64,000 bases of DNA, taken from positions 1 through 64,000 of IMG/VR virus record IMGVR_UViG_3300045923_000041; one strand, given 5' to 3'. The DNA is from an uncultured virus (IMG/VR IMGVR_UViG_3300045923_000041) (taxonomy: Duplodnaviria > Heunggongvirae > Uroviricota > Caudoviricetes). Under the pieces are notes generated by a model. That model saw nothing but the letters and a program-made list of their open reading frames with translations. It was not told the DNA's origin and searched no databases. Positions 34,961 through 44,708 of the stretch are shown in pieces. Position numbers and translations under genes: made by a program. Each line of letters begins with the position of its first letter. Positions within the stretch are counted from its first letter, which is position 1.

Positions 34961-36216
34961 GGTGTGGCCTTACCACCCTTGATCTGCTCTGCGGCCTTCA
35001 CGAGAACGGCCATCGCAGGCGCAGGCAGATCCTTGAAACGCTCCACGAACGCCTCCAGGATGAGCGCGGCCTTGGCCTTGGGCATCCGGGTGATGTTCTT
35101 CTTGGTCCCCGAGTAATAGCGGTCGCCGAAGATCGCGTCGATGAGCTTCTTGCCCCCGAGCTTGAGCCGACAGAAGGTGTTCCAGTCGGTCTCCGACAGG
35201 TCGTGATCCTTACCGTTGAGCACGAGGCTGATCTTGTAGTAGTCGCCGTGGTACCCGCCATCCCAGTACATGTGTGAAGGCGGTGGCACCGGGAAGTAGC
35301 CCGGCTTGCGCTCCTCCCCGCCGAAACGGTGGTCAAGGTCCACCTTCATCTCGACGACATGCTTGCGATTCGCCACGGAGGGATCGTCATCGGAGACCAT
35401 CCCAAGTTCGACCATCATGTGCTTGGTGGACAGCGAGGGAGTGCCTGTTGCGGGCATCGTTTCGGTGAACTGCTTGCCGCGGGCGTCGCGCACCTTGTGA
35501 TTGAAGTGAACGGTGATGTCCATGCCCTGGAGGGCCTTGACGATGTTACCCACGAGCCAAGACGGCGTCACGTTCGCGGGCTTGGGGTGCTCGTAGACGC
35601 GGATCTTGTAGATGTCCTCCCCGCGACCGCCACCGATGTAGTACGCCTTGTACGCCTGGTTCTCCACGCCAACGAAGACGTAGTTCGAGCCCGTCTGGCC
35701 CACGGCCACCCACCCGCGCTTGCGGCTGGTGGACTCGTCTCCGGAGTAGTCGCCCTCGCCCTTCTGCATCTCCGTGACGAAGAGCCACTCGACACCAGCA
35801 GGGACGCCCGCCTTGGCCTTGGCCTCGTCGAACGTAACCTTCAGGTCCGGTGGAGGAGGCTGAGGCGGCGTGTAGTCCCGAGGGGTGCTGTAGTTGTGCG
35901 GCGAGTGCGACGGTCCGGCGTCCCGATCAGCATCCATGCGGCCGCGCAGGATTTCCGCAGCAACGTTGATCTCCGTTGCTTCCTTGGGGTCGGCTGCGCC
36001 GCCCAAGCCCTTGTAGTTGATCGCGATGAGCTTGTCGCGCTGACGCTTGCGTACTTCGTCTTCGCTCGGGGTTGCCCCGGACGGGAAGCCGAGCGTTTCG
36101 AGGGCCTGGCTCCAGCTCATCGCCTTCACGAGGCGTCCGTAGAACTTGCGGTAGTGCGCCGAGCCACGACGGTCGTAATCGTAGCCCTGACCCTGTCTGT
36201 CTTGCAACGACCTCAT
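34957..36216 (-). CDS. YDRR-tagged protein with J-domain-like N-terminus lacking HPD
   Basis: GYDYDRRG; ALETLGF...SEDEVRKRQRDKLIAINYKGLGG...EINVAAEIL. Confidence 0.6.
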   Translation of the reverse strand: MRSLQDRQGQGYDYDRRGSAHYRKFYGRLVKAMSWSQALETLGFPSGATPSEDEVRKRQRDKLIAINYKGLGGAADPKEATEINVAAEILRGRMDADRDAGPSHSPHNYSTPRDYTPPQPPPPDLKVTFDEAKAKAGVPAGVEWLFVTEMQKGEGDYSGDESTSRKRGWVAVGQTGSNYVFVGVENQAYKAYYIGGGRGEDIYKIRVYEHPKPANVTPSWLVGNIVKALQGMDITVHFNHKVRDARGKQFTETMPATGTPSLSTKHMMVELGMVSDDDPSVANRKHVVEMKVDLDHRFGGEERKPGYFPVPPPSHMYWDGGYHGDYYKISLVLNGKDHDLSETDWNTFCRLKLGGKKLIDAIFGDRYYSGTKKNITRMPKAKAALILEAFVERFKDLPAPAMAVLVKAAEQIKGGKATP

Positions 36217-36220
36217 GATC

Positions 36221-36628
36221 TCACCTCAGGGTCGGCTTGAGCCGATTGAGCACCGTGATGTTCGCGTCCAGGACCCCGAGCTTGTGGCGCATGATGTCGA
36301 GCGCCTTCACGTGGTCGAACTCCTTGCACGAGAAGATGTCGAGGCTGAAGAAGCGCTGGAGCGGCCAGCAATGCACGCTCAGATGGCTCGTCGAGATGAT
36401 GCAGGTGCCGGTGATGCCGCCCTCATCCTCGAACTTGCCCGTCTCCTCGACGCGCTTGAGCACTTCGGGATCCACGGGAACCTCGATGAAGTCGGGTCCC
36501 TTGAGGATCGCCATGTCGAGTGCCTTCACCACGTCGCGGAAGAGCCCCGTCAGGTTCTCCGCCGTGAAGACCTTCGCGTCCTTGACGTACCCGTCCACCA
36601 CCACGTGGCGGCCTGCCGATGCGTTCAT
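36221..36628 (-). CDS. speD: S-adenosylmethionine decarboxylase proenzyme
   Basis: GRHVVVD, GGITG..IISTSHLSVHCWP, DIFSC (pyruvoyl self-cleavage T-S-H). Confidence 0.9.
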   Translation of the reverse strand: MNASAGRHVVVDGYVKDAKVFTAENLTGLFRDVVKALDMAILKGPDFIEVPVDPEVLKRVEETGKFEDEGGITGTCIISTSHLSVHCWPLQRFFSLDIFSCKEFDHVKALDIMRHKLGVLDANITVLNRLKPTLR

Positions 36629-36643
36629 CTCTCTTGGGGCCCT

Positions 36644-37102
36644 TCATGCACGCTTGGACGTTGGAATGAACAGACTACCAGCCGAGCGCATCTCGACTTC
36701 GGGCCTTGCGGCCACCCCCTGATACTGCTCCAGTGCCGCGTTCACGATCTGCGTGATGAAGTGTCCAGGTGACGCCTTGGGCGACAGATCGAAGGCCAGC
36801 TCGTGCTTCCGACCACCGCCACCGTGCGCTCCCATAGACTGGTAGTCCAGGACGGCGATGACCTGCAAACCCTCATCGAACGAGAGAGTCACGCGGAACT
36901 GGTGCATGAGGTCCCCCGCGCGTGCGAGCACCTCGACTTCGGCCCGCATGTGGCCCTCGTTGAACTTCGCACCGGACACATGCGCGTGCGTGCCGCTCGC
37001 GATACCTGCCCCGATCTTCTCGGCGATCGAGGTGAGGTAGTTCGCGACCAGGCTTTCCAGCCCCGCATCCGCGACCTTGCGACGATCGTAGGTGTAGCTC
37101 AC
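36644..37102 (-). CDS. YDRR-tagged hypothetical protein
   Basis: GTG start (GTGA overlap, GAGGAG SD): VSYTYDRRKVA. Confidence 0.65.
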   Translation of the reverse strand: MSYTYDRRKVADAGLESLVANYLTSIAEKIGAGIASGTHAHVSGAKFNEGHMRAEVEVLARAGDLMHQFRVTLSFDEGLQVIAVLDYQSMGAHGGGGRKHELAFDLSPKASPGHFITQIVNAALEQYQGVAARPEVEMRSAGSLFIPTSKRA

Positions 37103-37383
37103 GGCTCGCTCTCCTCGCGTCGTGTCTCTTGCCGCTCTTCGCGACGAAAACGATGACTGCCTCCGGGCTTGTGAGCCCAAACGCCAGCCTCAATGTACCC
37201 GATGTTGAACCTGGCCAAGATCGTCTCGATCTCGGCGGCAACGGGCAGCTCCGCAGGGTCTTCAACCCAACCACGGCTACGCCCCTTGCGAACTACCTCA
37301 CTGGCGATGAAGGCAGCATCCTCCAGCGCGCCGTCGTAGTGAAGGTTCGCCCGACGTTCGAAGGAAGAGCGACGGTCGTACAT
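37099..37383 (-). CDS. YDRR-tagged hypothetical protein
   Basis: MYDRRSS...; starts 5 nt after the lipoprotein stop. Confidence 0.55.
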   Translation of the reverse strand: MYDRRSSFERRANLHYDGALEDAAFIASEVVRKGRSRGWVEDPAELPVAAEIETILARFNIGYIEAGVWAHKPGGSHRFRREERQETRREESEP

Positions 37384-37388
37384 CTCCG

Positions 37389-37715
37389 TCAGTTCTTGCA
37401 CGCCCAGCCGCACGCGCGAATCGCTGCTTGCGACTTCGCTGCGGAGAGGCAAAGAGTGTTGGGGTGCGGCATCCCGGGATCAGCCAGCATGTTGGAACAT
37501 GTCGAGGCGCAATCCGCGAAGGCACCCTCAGGGCACCCGACTGCGGCCGCTGCTGCACACGCCGCAGCGCACGGGCTCGAAGCCGGTGCGGGAGTGGGCA
37601 CAGGAACGGGCACGGAAGAGTCCGTGGCGTCGGGGGGAGGCGTGACGTTCGACGGCGTGCAACCTGGCATCGCCATGAAAGCCGACAGGCATGCGAGAAA
37701 AGCGAGGGTCTTCAT
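37389..37715 (-). CDS. small Cys-rich lipoprotein
   Basis: MKTLAFLACLSAFMAMPG-C signal/lipobox-like, Pro linker, multiple Cys; AGGAG SD. Confidence 0.7.
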   Translation of the reverse strand: MKTLAFLACLSAFMAMPGCTPSNVTPPPDATDSSVPVPVPTPAPASSPCAAACAAAAAVGCPEGAFADCASTCSNMLADPGMPHPNTLCLSAAKSQAAIRACGWACKN

Positions 37716-38590
37716 GTGCTGCTCCTGACGGTCCATCCGTAGAGGTCCGTGGCGCTCTGGATCCAGGACTGTTGTGCCCAGAAGTGGCCAGCGTCACCGT
37801 AGCCGGCACCCCACGAGTTGCAGATCTCCCAATCGACCGTACCCGGATTCACGGTCGAGGGTCGGTAGCCCACGATGCAGATCCAGTGGCCGCCGCCGTT
37901 GGGGTCGCTCGTGTTCGGAGAGCCGACAGGAGCGCTCGTGGAGGTGAAGTTCATCACCTGGCTGTCCACGAAGATGCCGATGCCGACCGGAGCCTTCGCA
38001 ACCGCGAGGCACTGTTGAACGAGAGACACGACATCCGAGGAGGACTCGTCGATGCGGTACTCGCCGACGATGAGCTTCTGCCCGGCCTGTTCGAGGGACA
38101 GAAAGTCCACCTCGGAGTTGACGTTCGGCGCCGGCGCGTTGGGGATTCCAGCGACGTCCACTGCGGACCAGATGTCCGAGTTGCGTCCGTCTGGCGTGGG
38201 GCCTTGCATCGCACGGATGCCGTAACGCCCAACCGCGATCATGACGTCCGAGGGCATGGCGCCCGAGTCGGTCAGCGGCACGGTGTTGACCGCGCGCTCC
38301 ATCGACCGGGTCACGCCGTAGGTCGTGAGGGGAGAGGGAACGAAGCTGAGAGGCACGCCTTGCAAGGCACTGCCAATCACGATGCCTTGAGCCGTGCCGT
38401 GCCCCGTGCAGGAGCCGGTCTGACCCTGGTCCAGAATCGGAGCTTCGTTGGAACGGTAGCTCACTGCGCTGGGAAGGGCCGTAGAGCCCATCTTCGCGAG
38501 CAGAGCGCGAACGTCCTTCTGAGTCCGCTTCTCGGGAGCGTCGGGGGTGTAGCCGAAGAAACGGCCGCCGGATTGCTGAACGCCAGGCAT
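37712..38590 (-). CDS. papain-like (C1) cysteine peptidase
   Basis: LPSAVSYR, DQGQTGSCTG, GGHWICIVGY, NSWG..YGDAG. Confidence 0.9.
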   Translation of the reverse strand: MPGVQQSGGRFFGYTPDAPEKRTQKDVRALLAKMGSTALPSAVSYRSNEAPILDQGQTGSCTGHGTAQGIVIGSALQGVPLSFVPSPLTTYGVTRSMERAVNTVPLTDSGAMPSDVMIAVGRYGIRAMQGPTPDGRNSDIWSAVDVAGIPNAPAPNVNSEVDFLSLEQAGQKLIVGEYRIDESSSDVVSLVQQCLAVAKAPVGIGIFVDSQVMNFTSTSAPVGSPNTSDPNGGGHWICIVGYRPSTVNPGTVDWEICNSWGAGYGDAGHFWAQQSWIQSATDLYGWTVRSST

Positions 38591-38607
38591 CGGAACCTCT
38601 GGGGGTG

Positions 38608-38644
38608 AAAAAGCCGACTGCGAGGGTCGTCCCCGCAGTCGGCT
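38608..38644 (-). terminator. intrinsic terminator
   Basis: Minus strand AGCCGACTGCGGGG-ACGAC-CCTCGCAGTCGGCT-TTTT. Confidence 0.8.
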
Positions 38645-38650
38645 AGATCG

Positions 38651-38995
38651 TCACTTCGCGGCGGGAGGAGCCGGGACGGGCGCCGGGGCCGGCTTCGGCG
38701 GGGCGACGTTGCCGGTCAGAGACTCCAGGTGTAGCGATGCGGCACCGCCCGTGATCATGCCCATGAAGGCTTGAGCGATCGAGTAGCCGATGGTGTCTCC
38801 CTGCTGGAGACCTGCGACGAAACCGGCACCGAGACCGAGCACGAGGCCGAGGTACGGCGCTGCCTTCGGGGGAAGGCTCGGGATCGAATACGTGGCGAGC
38901 CACGCATTGAGGGTGTTGCTCTGGAGCGCTCCCAGAAGCACGTGGATTGCCGCTGCGATGCTAGCAAGCCAGATGGCGGTGGTCGTGAGGTTCAT
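38651..38995 (-). CDS. small multi-pass membrane protein, holin-like
   Basis: Three hydrophobic segments; LPPKAAPYLGLVLGLGAG...GMITGGAA; GAGG SD. Confidence 0.6.
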   Translation of the reverse strand: MNLTTTAIWLASIAAAIHVLLGALQSNTLNAWLATYSIPSLPPKAAPYLGLVLGLGAGFVAGLQQGDTIGYSIAQAFMGMITGGAASLHLESLTGNVAPPKPAPAPVPAPPAAK

Positions 38996-39071
38996 AGGGG
39001 TTTCCTCTGTGGGTTCGAGCCACAAGCGCTCGACTTCTCACAGACGCCCGCTATGAGAGGAAAACCGCCGA

Positions 39072-39365
39072 CTACTTGCTGTGGTCGTGAACCTCAGCGT
39101 TGTCGCTGACTTCCACCACGTGATGTTCTGGGGTGCGCTCAGGCAACTGAGCCGGGACCTTGTGAGGAGCCGGATGAGCCGGGTGCTCCGGCATCTTGCC
39201 ATGCTCCCAGAGGTCCAGATCTGCCAGCCTCTTGTTCACCATGGCAGCGCTCTCGGGCGTCATCACGGTGTTCGTAAGGACCGCCCGCAGTTGGGTCCTG
39301 GCCCGCTCAGCGGCCTGCGCACGCACGCGGGGATTGAGCTGCAAGTAGGAGATGTGCTTGATCAT
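39072..39365 (-). CDS. hypothetical protein
   Basis: TGATG coupling to the upstream structural gene. Confidence 0.6.
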   Translation of the reverse strand: MIKHISYLQLNPRVRAQAAERARTQLRAVLTNTVMTPESAAMVNKRLADLDLWEHGKMPEHPAHPAPHKVPAQLPERTPEHHVVEVSDNAEVHDHSK

Positions 39366-42300
39366 CAGACCGCCCTCTGAGAGAGCGTGATGGTCGCCGG
39401 GTTCGTGTCGAGACGAACGTTGTCGTTCGTGATTGGGTGTCCGTCGAGGCGGTACAGGTCCGCCGCGGAGTACCCTTCGAGGGACCCGTTGGTGCTGATC
39501 TGCACGATACCTGCATGGGGGTTCGAATCCGTGAGCCTCTGCACGGTCGTCACGACCAGCATCATCAGCTCGTTGCCCGCACTGACCTCTTGCGCGCCGA
39601 CGCTCGTTGGCATGTTGCGCACGAGGTAAGCACGGCCTTGCAGAACGTTGGTCGTTCCCGAAGGCGAGATCACCACGGGATGCAACGTCCCCACTTCGCC
39701 GCCCGGGTTGGGGCCGCTCACGGTGAAGGCCGACCCACCACGGTTGACACGGTAGTTGACGAGGAGGGAGTAGTTCGTAGGCTCACCGTCAACCTGAGCG
39801 ATGACTGCGCCTGCGTTGCCGGTCGCGGACGTCGCGGTGTCCAAGACAGCAGCCGTCTGCTCGTAGACCGTGGACGACGTCAGGTTCGAGAAGAGAACAC
39901 CCTCCCCGATGTCGGGGAAGACGTTGAGCGCCGACAGATTCGTGAGGGGCTCACCTCGGAAGTCCTTGTCCCGGAAGAGCGCGCCGAGCGGCAGCCGCTC
40001 CGTCGCCCCGAGGTAGTCGGTAGCGACTTCCGGCGGGCTGGGGATGAAGCCCGTCAGAACGTTCGGCCTCGGCTGCGTCGAGGACGTCGGCGGGTACTGC
40101 AAGAAGTTCTCGATGCCGACGTTGCGGAAGTCCATGGGCAGCGAGCCCGTCTGAAGCCGCTGGTTGGCACCAATCGGGCTGTCACCTGCGTAGCGCCCCG
40201 TCCCAAGGGTCGTCGCAAAGCCGACCGAGGCGAGGACTTGAAGGGCCTTCTGGTTCGGCCGCGTGAGCGCACTCTGCGTCAGCTCCGTCGAATCGAGCTG
40301 GTAGGCAGTCGCCGTCTGAAGAGGCCCGAGAGCCTGCTGGACGTCGATGTAGTTCGTCTGGCTGCCCCACGGGTCACCCTGGTACGGCGTGCGGCTGTAG
40401 TTGACCAGCATCGAGTCCGTGGCCGTTGCCGGGCCAGGGAGAACGCTCGTCGGACCTGCGATGGGCAGGTTGATGTTCGCCGAGTTGTCCGAGCCTGCAT
40501 TGATCGCCTGCGTACGGTTACGCGACAGAACGATGCGGCACTCTTGCGAGATGTCGAAGGCGCTGCGGTCGAACCCGAAGACGCTCGCTTCGATGATGTA
40601 GTTGCCCGCCGCGAAGTTCGCGATCGGGTTCACAGTCGAGCGGGTGATGTCGATCGAGTTCGCGTTCAAGATGAACGTCGAGTCGCCGTCCTGGTCGATC
40701 TCGATCCAGAAGGTGGCGGTCGAGTTGTCCTGACGGAGCAGGTTGGTCGCCCCTGCGCCACGAGCCGTACGGTCCGGACCGTTGTAGGCCGAGCCGTTGA
40801 GCTTGTAGTCGCCAGCCTCGTACACGGCGAAGAGCCGTGCGATGCCGTAGAAGGGCGGCAGTTGCAGACCTTGGCGTCCAAGGTTGCGCGTGTCCGAGAA
40901 GAACTGCATACCGGCGAACTCAAGGCCGCCGACGAGGTACTTCGTGTTGTACGTCGCCGGTCCAGGGGTCGGGGTTGCGTAGTTCGTCGTGCTGAACACA
41001 GCCCACGTCAGGCCACCCAGGGAGGCGTAGGAGACGTAGTTGCTGCTCCCGACAGGGGGCGTGGCGCCCTTGTTCGAGAGCAACATGAAGTTGATGCCCT
41101 CGTTGAAGGTCGAGTTGTCCCCGTGGAGGATGGGCACGTCCACCTCGCCCCAGTTCGGGACGAAGCTACGCGGCAGCGTGATGTACACGTTGCGCGTGTT
41201 GGGGTTGTCCGTGTTGCCCGAGAAGATCTGGAGCGGGTCGGTGGTGGTCCACTTGGGGGTCACACCGTCCTGCGCCTTCAGAGGCATGAGCCCTTGCGCG
41301 ACGTTGACCGTGTAGATGAGACCCGAGCCTGTAGCGACAGGACGGTCAAGCGTGACGCTCGTAGAGCTGGAGTACGCCTTGATCGTGTAGCGTCCAGGCT
41401 GCGGCCCTGAGCCTAGCTGAAGAGCGTAGCCCACCATGCCGGACGTAAAAGGTGCCGACGAATCCGTGAAGGTCGTGCCGCCAGAGGTCGCACCTGTGGA
41501 GCTAGTCACCACAGCCGCCTGCGTGGACACGTTGGCTGCCGTGCCGTCGATCGTGGTCGCCGTTGCCGGCCAGATGATCTGGCGGAACGGTTGGATGACC
41601 ACGGACTTGGAGCCAAGGTCCGCGTAGGTCGAGGTCGTGACCGGAAGATTCATCCGGTAGGGGGTGTTGCGGTACTTGCTCCAGAGCAGAACCCAGCTCG
41701 TGTTCACCGGAATGTTCGACGCAGGCGCGCCCACCGGGTTGAGCAGAAGCTCCGTGCTCGGAGTCGTGAAGGTGATGTTCTGAACCGACGTGGGACGACG
41801 AGCGAGGCCGCGTCCCGCACCGTACATCACGTTCAACGTGACGTAGATGTTGTTGGAGGTCGCCGGGAACCCAGCCGCGAAAATAACCCAAAGGTCATCG
41901 TTGGGCGTCAGGTTCGGACCTTGGATGTAGCCGCCGCTCGTGTAGGCGCCCGAGAAGGACGAGCCGTTGAGCGTGAAGTGCGTGGGGTCGATGACCGTGA
42001 CGGTCCAGATGGCGTTCGCAGCCGAGACGCCCACAACACCCGTGATCTTGACGATCTGGTTGGTCACCAGCCCGTGCGGGAACGAGGTGGTGATCTCGAT
42101 CAGACCGCTGTTATTCGTGACGTTGGACACACCCGGAGAAGAGGGTGTCGCACCGCCCACCGAGCTGGAGCCGACCACCGTGTACAGCGTGTTCGGGATC
42201 GGTGCCGTCTGCCCGTCGATGCGAAGTGTGACCGCGGTGTGGAGGCTGTCGAAGACCCACCGGATCTGGTCCGCGTCACCGCCAGAAACGCCTGTCTTGA

Positions 42301-43927
42301 GGGACGAGACCGGGAAGACGATGATGTCGTTGGGACCGAAAGTGCTTGCGGTGTTGCCGACGCCACGGAAGGTCTGGTTCGCAGCAATCGTCAGCGAGTA
42401 GGTGGCATCTGCCACCGAGGCCGGCGGCGTAGCGCTGGTCGGGTCGATCACCATCTCGACCTTCTGCATCGTCGCAGCGTCCGAGAAGATCATCCGGATG
42501 TTGTCCGGAGCGTCCAGCTTGTTGATGCCGAGGGAGGCCGACGAAGACGAGATCTTGTCCTGGTAGTTGACGAAGGGTCCCTGAGGTCCCGCGCCCGAGC
42601 GCTTCCAGGTCCCTTGCAGGTTGCCGCGAAGCAGCCTGTCGAGCCCCTGCGCCAGAACCGACTCGTAGTCGAACCCGTTGGGGTTCACGACGTGACGGAG
42701 ATCGAGCAGGTCGGTCCGAGCGATCTGGTCCGAGAAGAGCCCATCCGGACGACCCGAGATGACCGTGATCGTGGAGTTGGCCACGTGCTGTTCCGCACGC
42801 GAACCGTTCACACCACGGGTCAGGCCGCCGAGCGTTGTGCCCGTGATGGCCGAGTACGTCATGTACTCGTCGCCGATCTTGATGAGGACAGGCGTCGAGG
42901 GCGTTGCCGGCAGCGGGATGTTCGTGGCCGAGACAAGCGTTGCGCTCGTAGACGTAGCCGAGAGGGTGCTCGCGATCTGCGGCACCGTGGAGAACGTCTT
43001 GAACCCCGTCGCATCGACCGCAAGCGGGTTGCGGTTGAAGCCGCCGTTGAGGTTCTGGGACGGATCTCCGTTCCAGGCGCTTGCGTTGCGACGGAAGACC
43101 GCAGAGAGCGGGATGGCGTACGTGTACCCATCCACCGTTGCGAGGGTGTTGGAAGTGTTCCCATCGCCCGCACGCCAGAGACCAGGGTCTCCGAGTGCCG
43201 AGCGCATGTTCGAGAACGTGTACGTGGTCGGAGAAGCCGAGGTGCCCTGACCGAAGACGGTCGTGGGGTCGAAGCCGTCAGGGTTCGTTGAAAGACCGAC
43301 GATGCCCGGAACGACTCGAATGCGGTACTGGAGCTGAACACGCTCGGTCGTTTCGAATCCGATGGACGGATCCTGGATGTCGTCCGCCAGGTAGCTCATG
43401 CCACCGAGGACGTTGCCGTACGTGTAGATGGCCGAAACCGAGGGCTTGTTCAGTGACGACGGGTTCGGTGGGACGCGCGCAAGCCACGCTTCGAGGAAGA
43501 CGAAGTCGATGCGCGTGTCGCCCGCGTTGTTCGGCGGCGGGTTCATCGCGACGACGTTGTACGTGTCCACGTTGTCCGGAGAGCCCGGAGGCGTGCCGGT
43601 GAGCGTGCCCGTGACAGGGATGAGCCAGCCGTTGACGACGGCCCACTCGACCGCCTGGGACTCACCCGTGCGCTGACGACCAAACCTCCACCAGTTCGAC
43701 CACGTGGGGTTCGTGATGAGCGCAGCGGAGTTGTTGGTCTCGTTGCCGAGCCATCCCGAAGGCGTACCGCGAGAAACGAGGATCTGTTGCCAGTTGCTCG
43801 CGAGGTCCTGGAGGAGATTCAGCTCCGCATCGAGCGGGGGCTTGCCTTGCTGCCAGATGACATCAAGGAACTGCCTCGCAATCGGGCTGAGAACCCTGCT
43901 GGTCCCGGGACCATAGTTGTTGCCCAT
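39365..43927 (-). CDS. large virion (baseplate/tail-like) protein, 1520 aa
   Basis: N-terminal VIWQQGKPPLDAELNLLQD; FCCH-like module ITTSFPHGLVTNQIVKITGV; S/T/G/N-rich; paralog of 49829-52876. Confidence 0.75.
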   Translation of the reverse strand: MGNNYGPGTSRVLSPIARQFLDVIWQQGKPPLDAELNLLQDLASNWQQILVSRGTPSGWLGNETNNSAALITNPTWSNWWRFGRQRTGESQAVEWAVVNGWLIPVTGTLTGTPPGSPDNVDTYNVVAMNPPPNNAGDTRIDFVFLEAWLARVPPNPSSLNKPSVSAIYTYGNVLGGMSYLADDIQDPSIGFETTERVQLQYRIRVVPGIVGLSTNPDGFDPTTVFGQGTSASPTTYTFSNMRSALGDPGLWRAGDGNTSNTLATVDGYTYAIPLSAVFRRNASAWNGDPSQNLNGGFNRNPLAVDATGFKTFSTVPQIASTLSATSTSATLVSATNIPLPATPSTPVLIKIGDEYMTYSAITGTTLGGLTRGVNGSRAEQHVANSTITVISGRPDGLFSDQIARTDLLDLRHVVNPNGFDYESVLAQGLDRLLRGNLQGTWKRSGAGPQGPFVNYQDKISSSSASLGINKLDAPDNIRMIFSDAATMQKVEMVIDPTSATPPASVADATYSLTIAANQTFRGVGNTASTFGPNDIIVFPVSSLKTGVSGGDADQIRWVFDSLHTAVTLRIDGQTAPIPNTLYTVVGSSSVGGATPSSPGVSNVTNNSGLIEITTSFPHGLVTNQIVKITGVVGVSAANAIWTVTVIDPTHFTLNGSSFSGAYTSGGYIQGPNLTPNDDLWVIFAAGFPATSNNIYVTLNVMYGAGRGLARRPTSVQNITFTTPSTELLLNPVGAPASNIPVNTSWVLLWSKYRNTPYRMNLPVTTSTYADLGSKSVVIQPFRQIIWPATATTIDGTAANVSTQAAVVTSSTGATSGGTTFTDSSAPFTSGMVGYALQLGSGPQPGRYTIKAYSSSTSVTLDRPVATGSGLIYTVNVAQGLMPLKAQDGVTPKWTTTDPLQIFSGNTDNPNTRNVYITLPRSFVPNWGEVDVPILHGDNSTFNEGINFMLLSNKGATPPVGSSNYVSYASLGGLTWAVFSTTNYATPTPGPATYNTKYLVGGLEFAGMQFFSDTRNLGRQGLQLPPFYGIARLFAVYEAGDYKLNGSAYNGPDRTARGAGATNLLRQDNSTATFWIEIDQDGDSTFILNANSIDITRSTVNPIANFAAGNYIIEASVFGFDRSAFDISQECRIVLSRNRTQAINAGSDNSANINLPIAGPTSVLPGPATATDSMLVNYSRTPYQGDPWGSQTNYIDVQQALGPLQTATAYQLDSTELTQSALTRPNQKALQVLASVGFATTLGTGRYAGDSPIGANQRLQTGSLPMDFRNVGIENFLQYPPTSSTQPRPNVLTGFIPSPPEVATDYLGATERLPLGALFRDKDFRGEPLTNLSALNVFPDIGEGVLFSNLTSSTVYEQTAAVLDTATSATGNAGAVIAQVDGEPTNYSLLVNYRVNRGGSAFTVSGPNPGGEVGTLHPVVISPSGTTNVLQGRAYLVRNMPTSVGAQEVSAGNELMMLVVTTVQRLTDSNPHAGIVQISTNGSLEGYSAADLYRLDGHPITNDNVRLDTNPATITLSQRAV

Positions 43928-43980
43928 CTACATTCCCTCTCGCACTCGCCGTCTATCAGTAAGTTAGTGGGCGAAAACCC

Positions 43981-44634
43981 TTAGTACAGAAGCGCCCAGC
44001 TACCGACCCAGAGCGTGCTCGCACTCGCGTTCGTGATCTGAACGATGAGCTGATTGCTCTGATCGGGGGCAGGAACGTTCCCAGGGGCACTGTCCACCGC
44101 AGCCACGTAATTGGCGCCGTTGTTGAAGCTCACCTGAGCAGTCGTGTACGCGCCCGTCGTCGGCAGCTCGTTGTAGTTGCGCATGAAGCGGCTGTTACTG
44201 GGGTCCGTCGTCACGAAGTTGAAGACCTCCCAGGTGAAGAGGAAGGCCGAGGGCGTCGAAGCGAGGGTCTGCACGTTGCTCGTGAGCGTTGCCCCAGGCG
44301 CCAGAGAGATCGTGCTGCGCTGCCCGAACGTCCCCTTCGTGTTCGAGGCGCTCAGGTTGACACCGCTCGTATCGAGCAGGTCGTCGTAGATGACGTGCGT
44401 GAAGCCCGCGTAGATCGAGAGAAGCCCCTCGTACTTCTTCGTGAGAAGGTCCCCACAGTTCGTCGGGATCGCTGGGTTGCCCGTTGATGGGTCGATCAGC
44501 GGGATGTTCTTGGGGAGCCGGACAACGAAACCGCCGTTGAGAAGCGTCTGGTTGTTCTCGGGCGTGTCCACGCCGATGATCGGGGACGAGGCCACGGGGC
44601 TCGTGAAGGCATCGATCAGGTAGTGCTCGCTCAT
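43981..44634 (-). CDS. putative virion structural protein
   Basis: Beta-rich S/T/N composition; location in the structural cluster. Confidence 0.6.
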   Translation of the reverse strand: MSEHYLIDAFTSPVASSPIIGVDTPENNQTLLNGGFVVRLPKNIPLIDPSTGNPAIPTNCGDLLTKKYEGLLSIYAGFTHVIYDDLLDTSGVNLSASNTKGTFGQRSTISLAPGATLTSNVQTLASTPSAFLFTWEVFNFVTTDPSNSRFMRNYNELPTTGAYTTAQVSFNNGANYVAAVDSAPGNVPAPDQSNQLIVQITNASASTLWVGSWALLY

Positions 44635-44708
44635 CTACATCCTCGCGATCCCTCCCCTATCAGTGGAATCGTGATGTAGGATAGCTACCCACCCTAAAGA
44701 GGGGTCAG

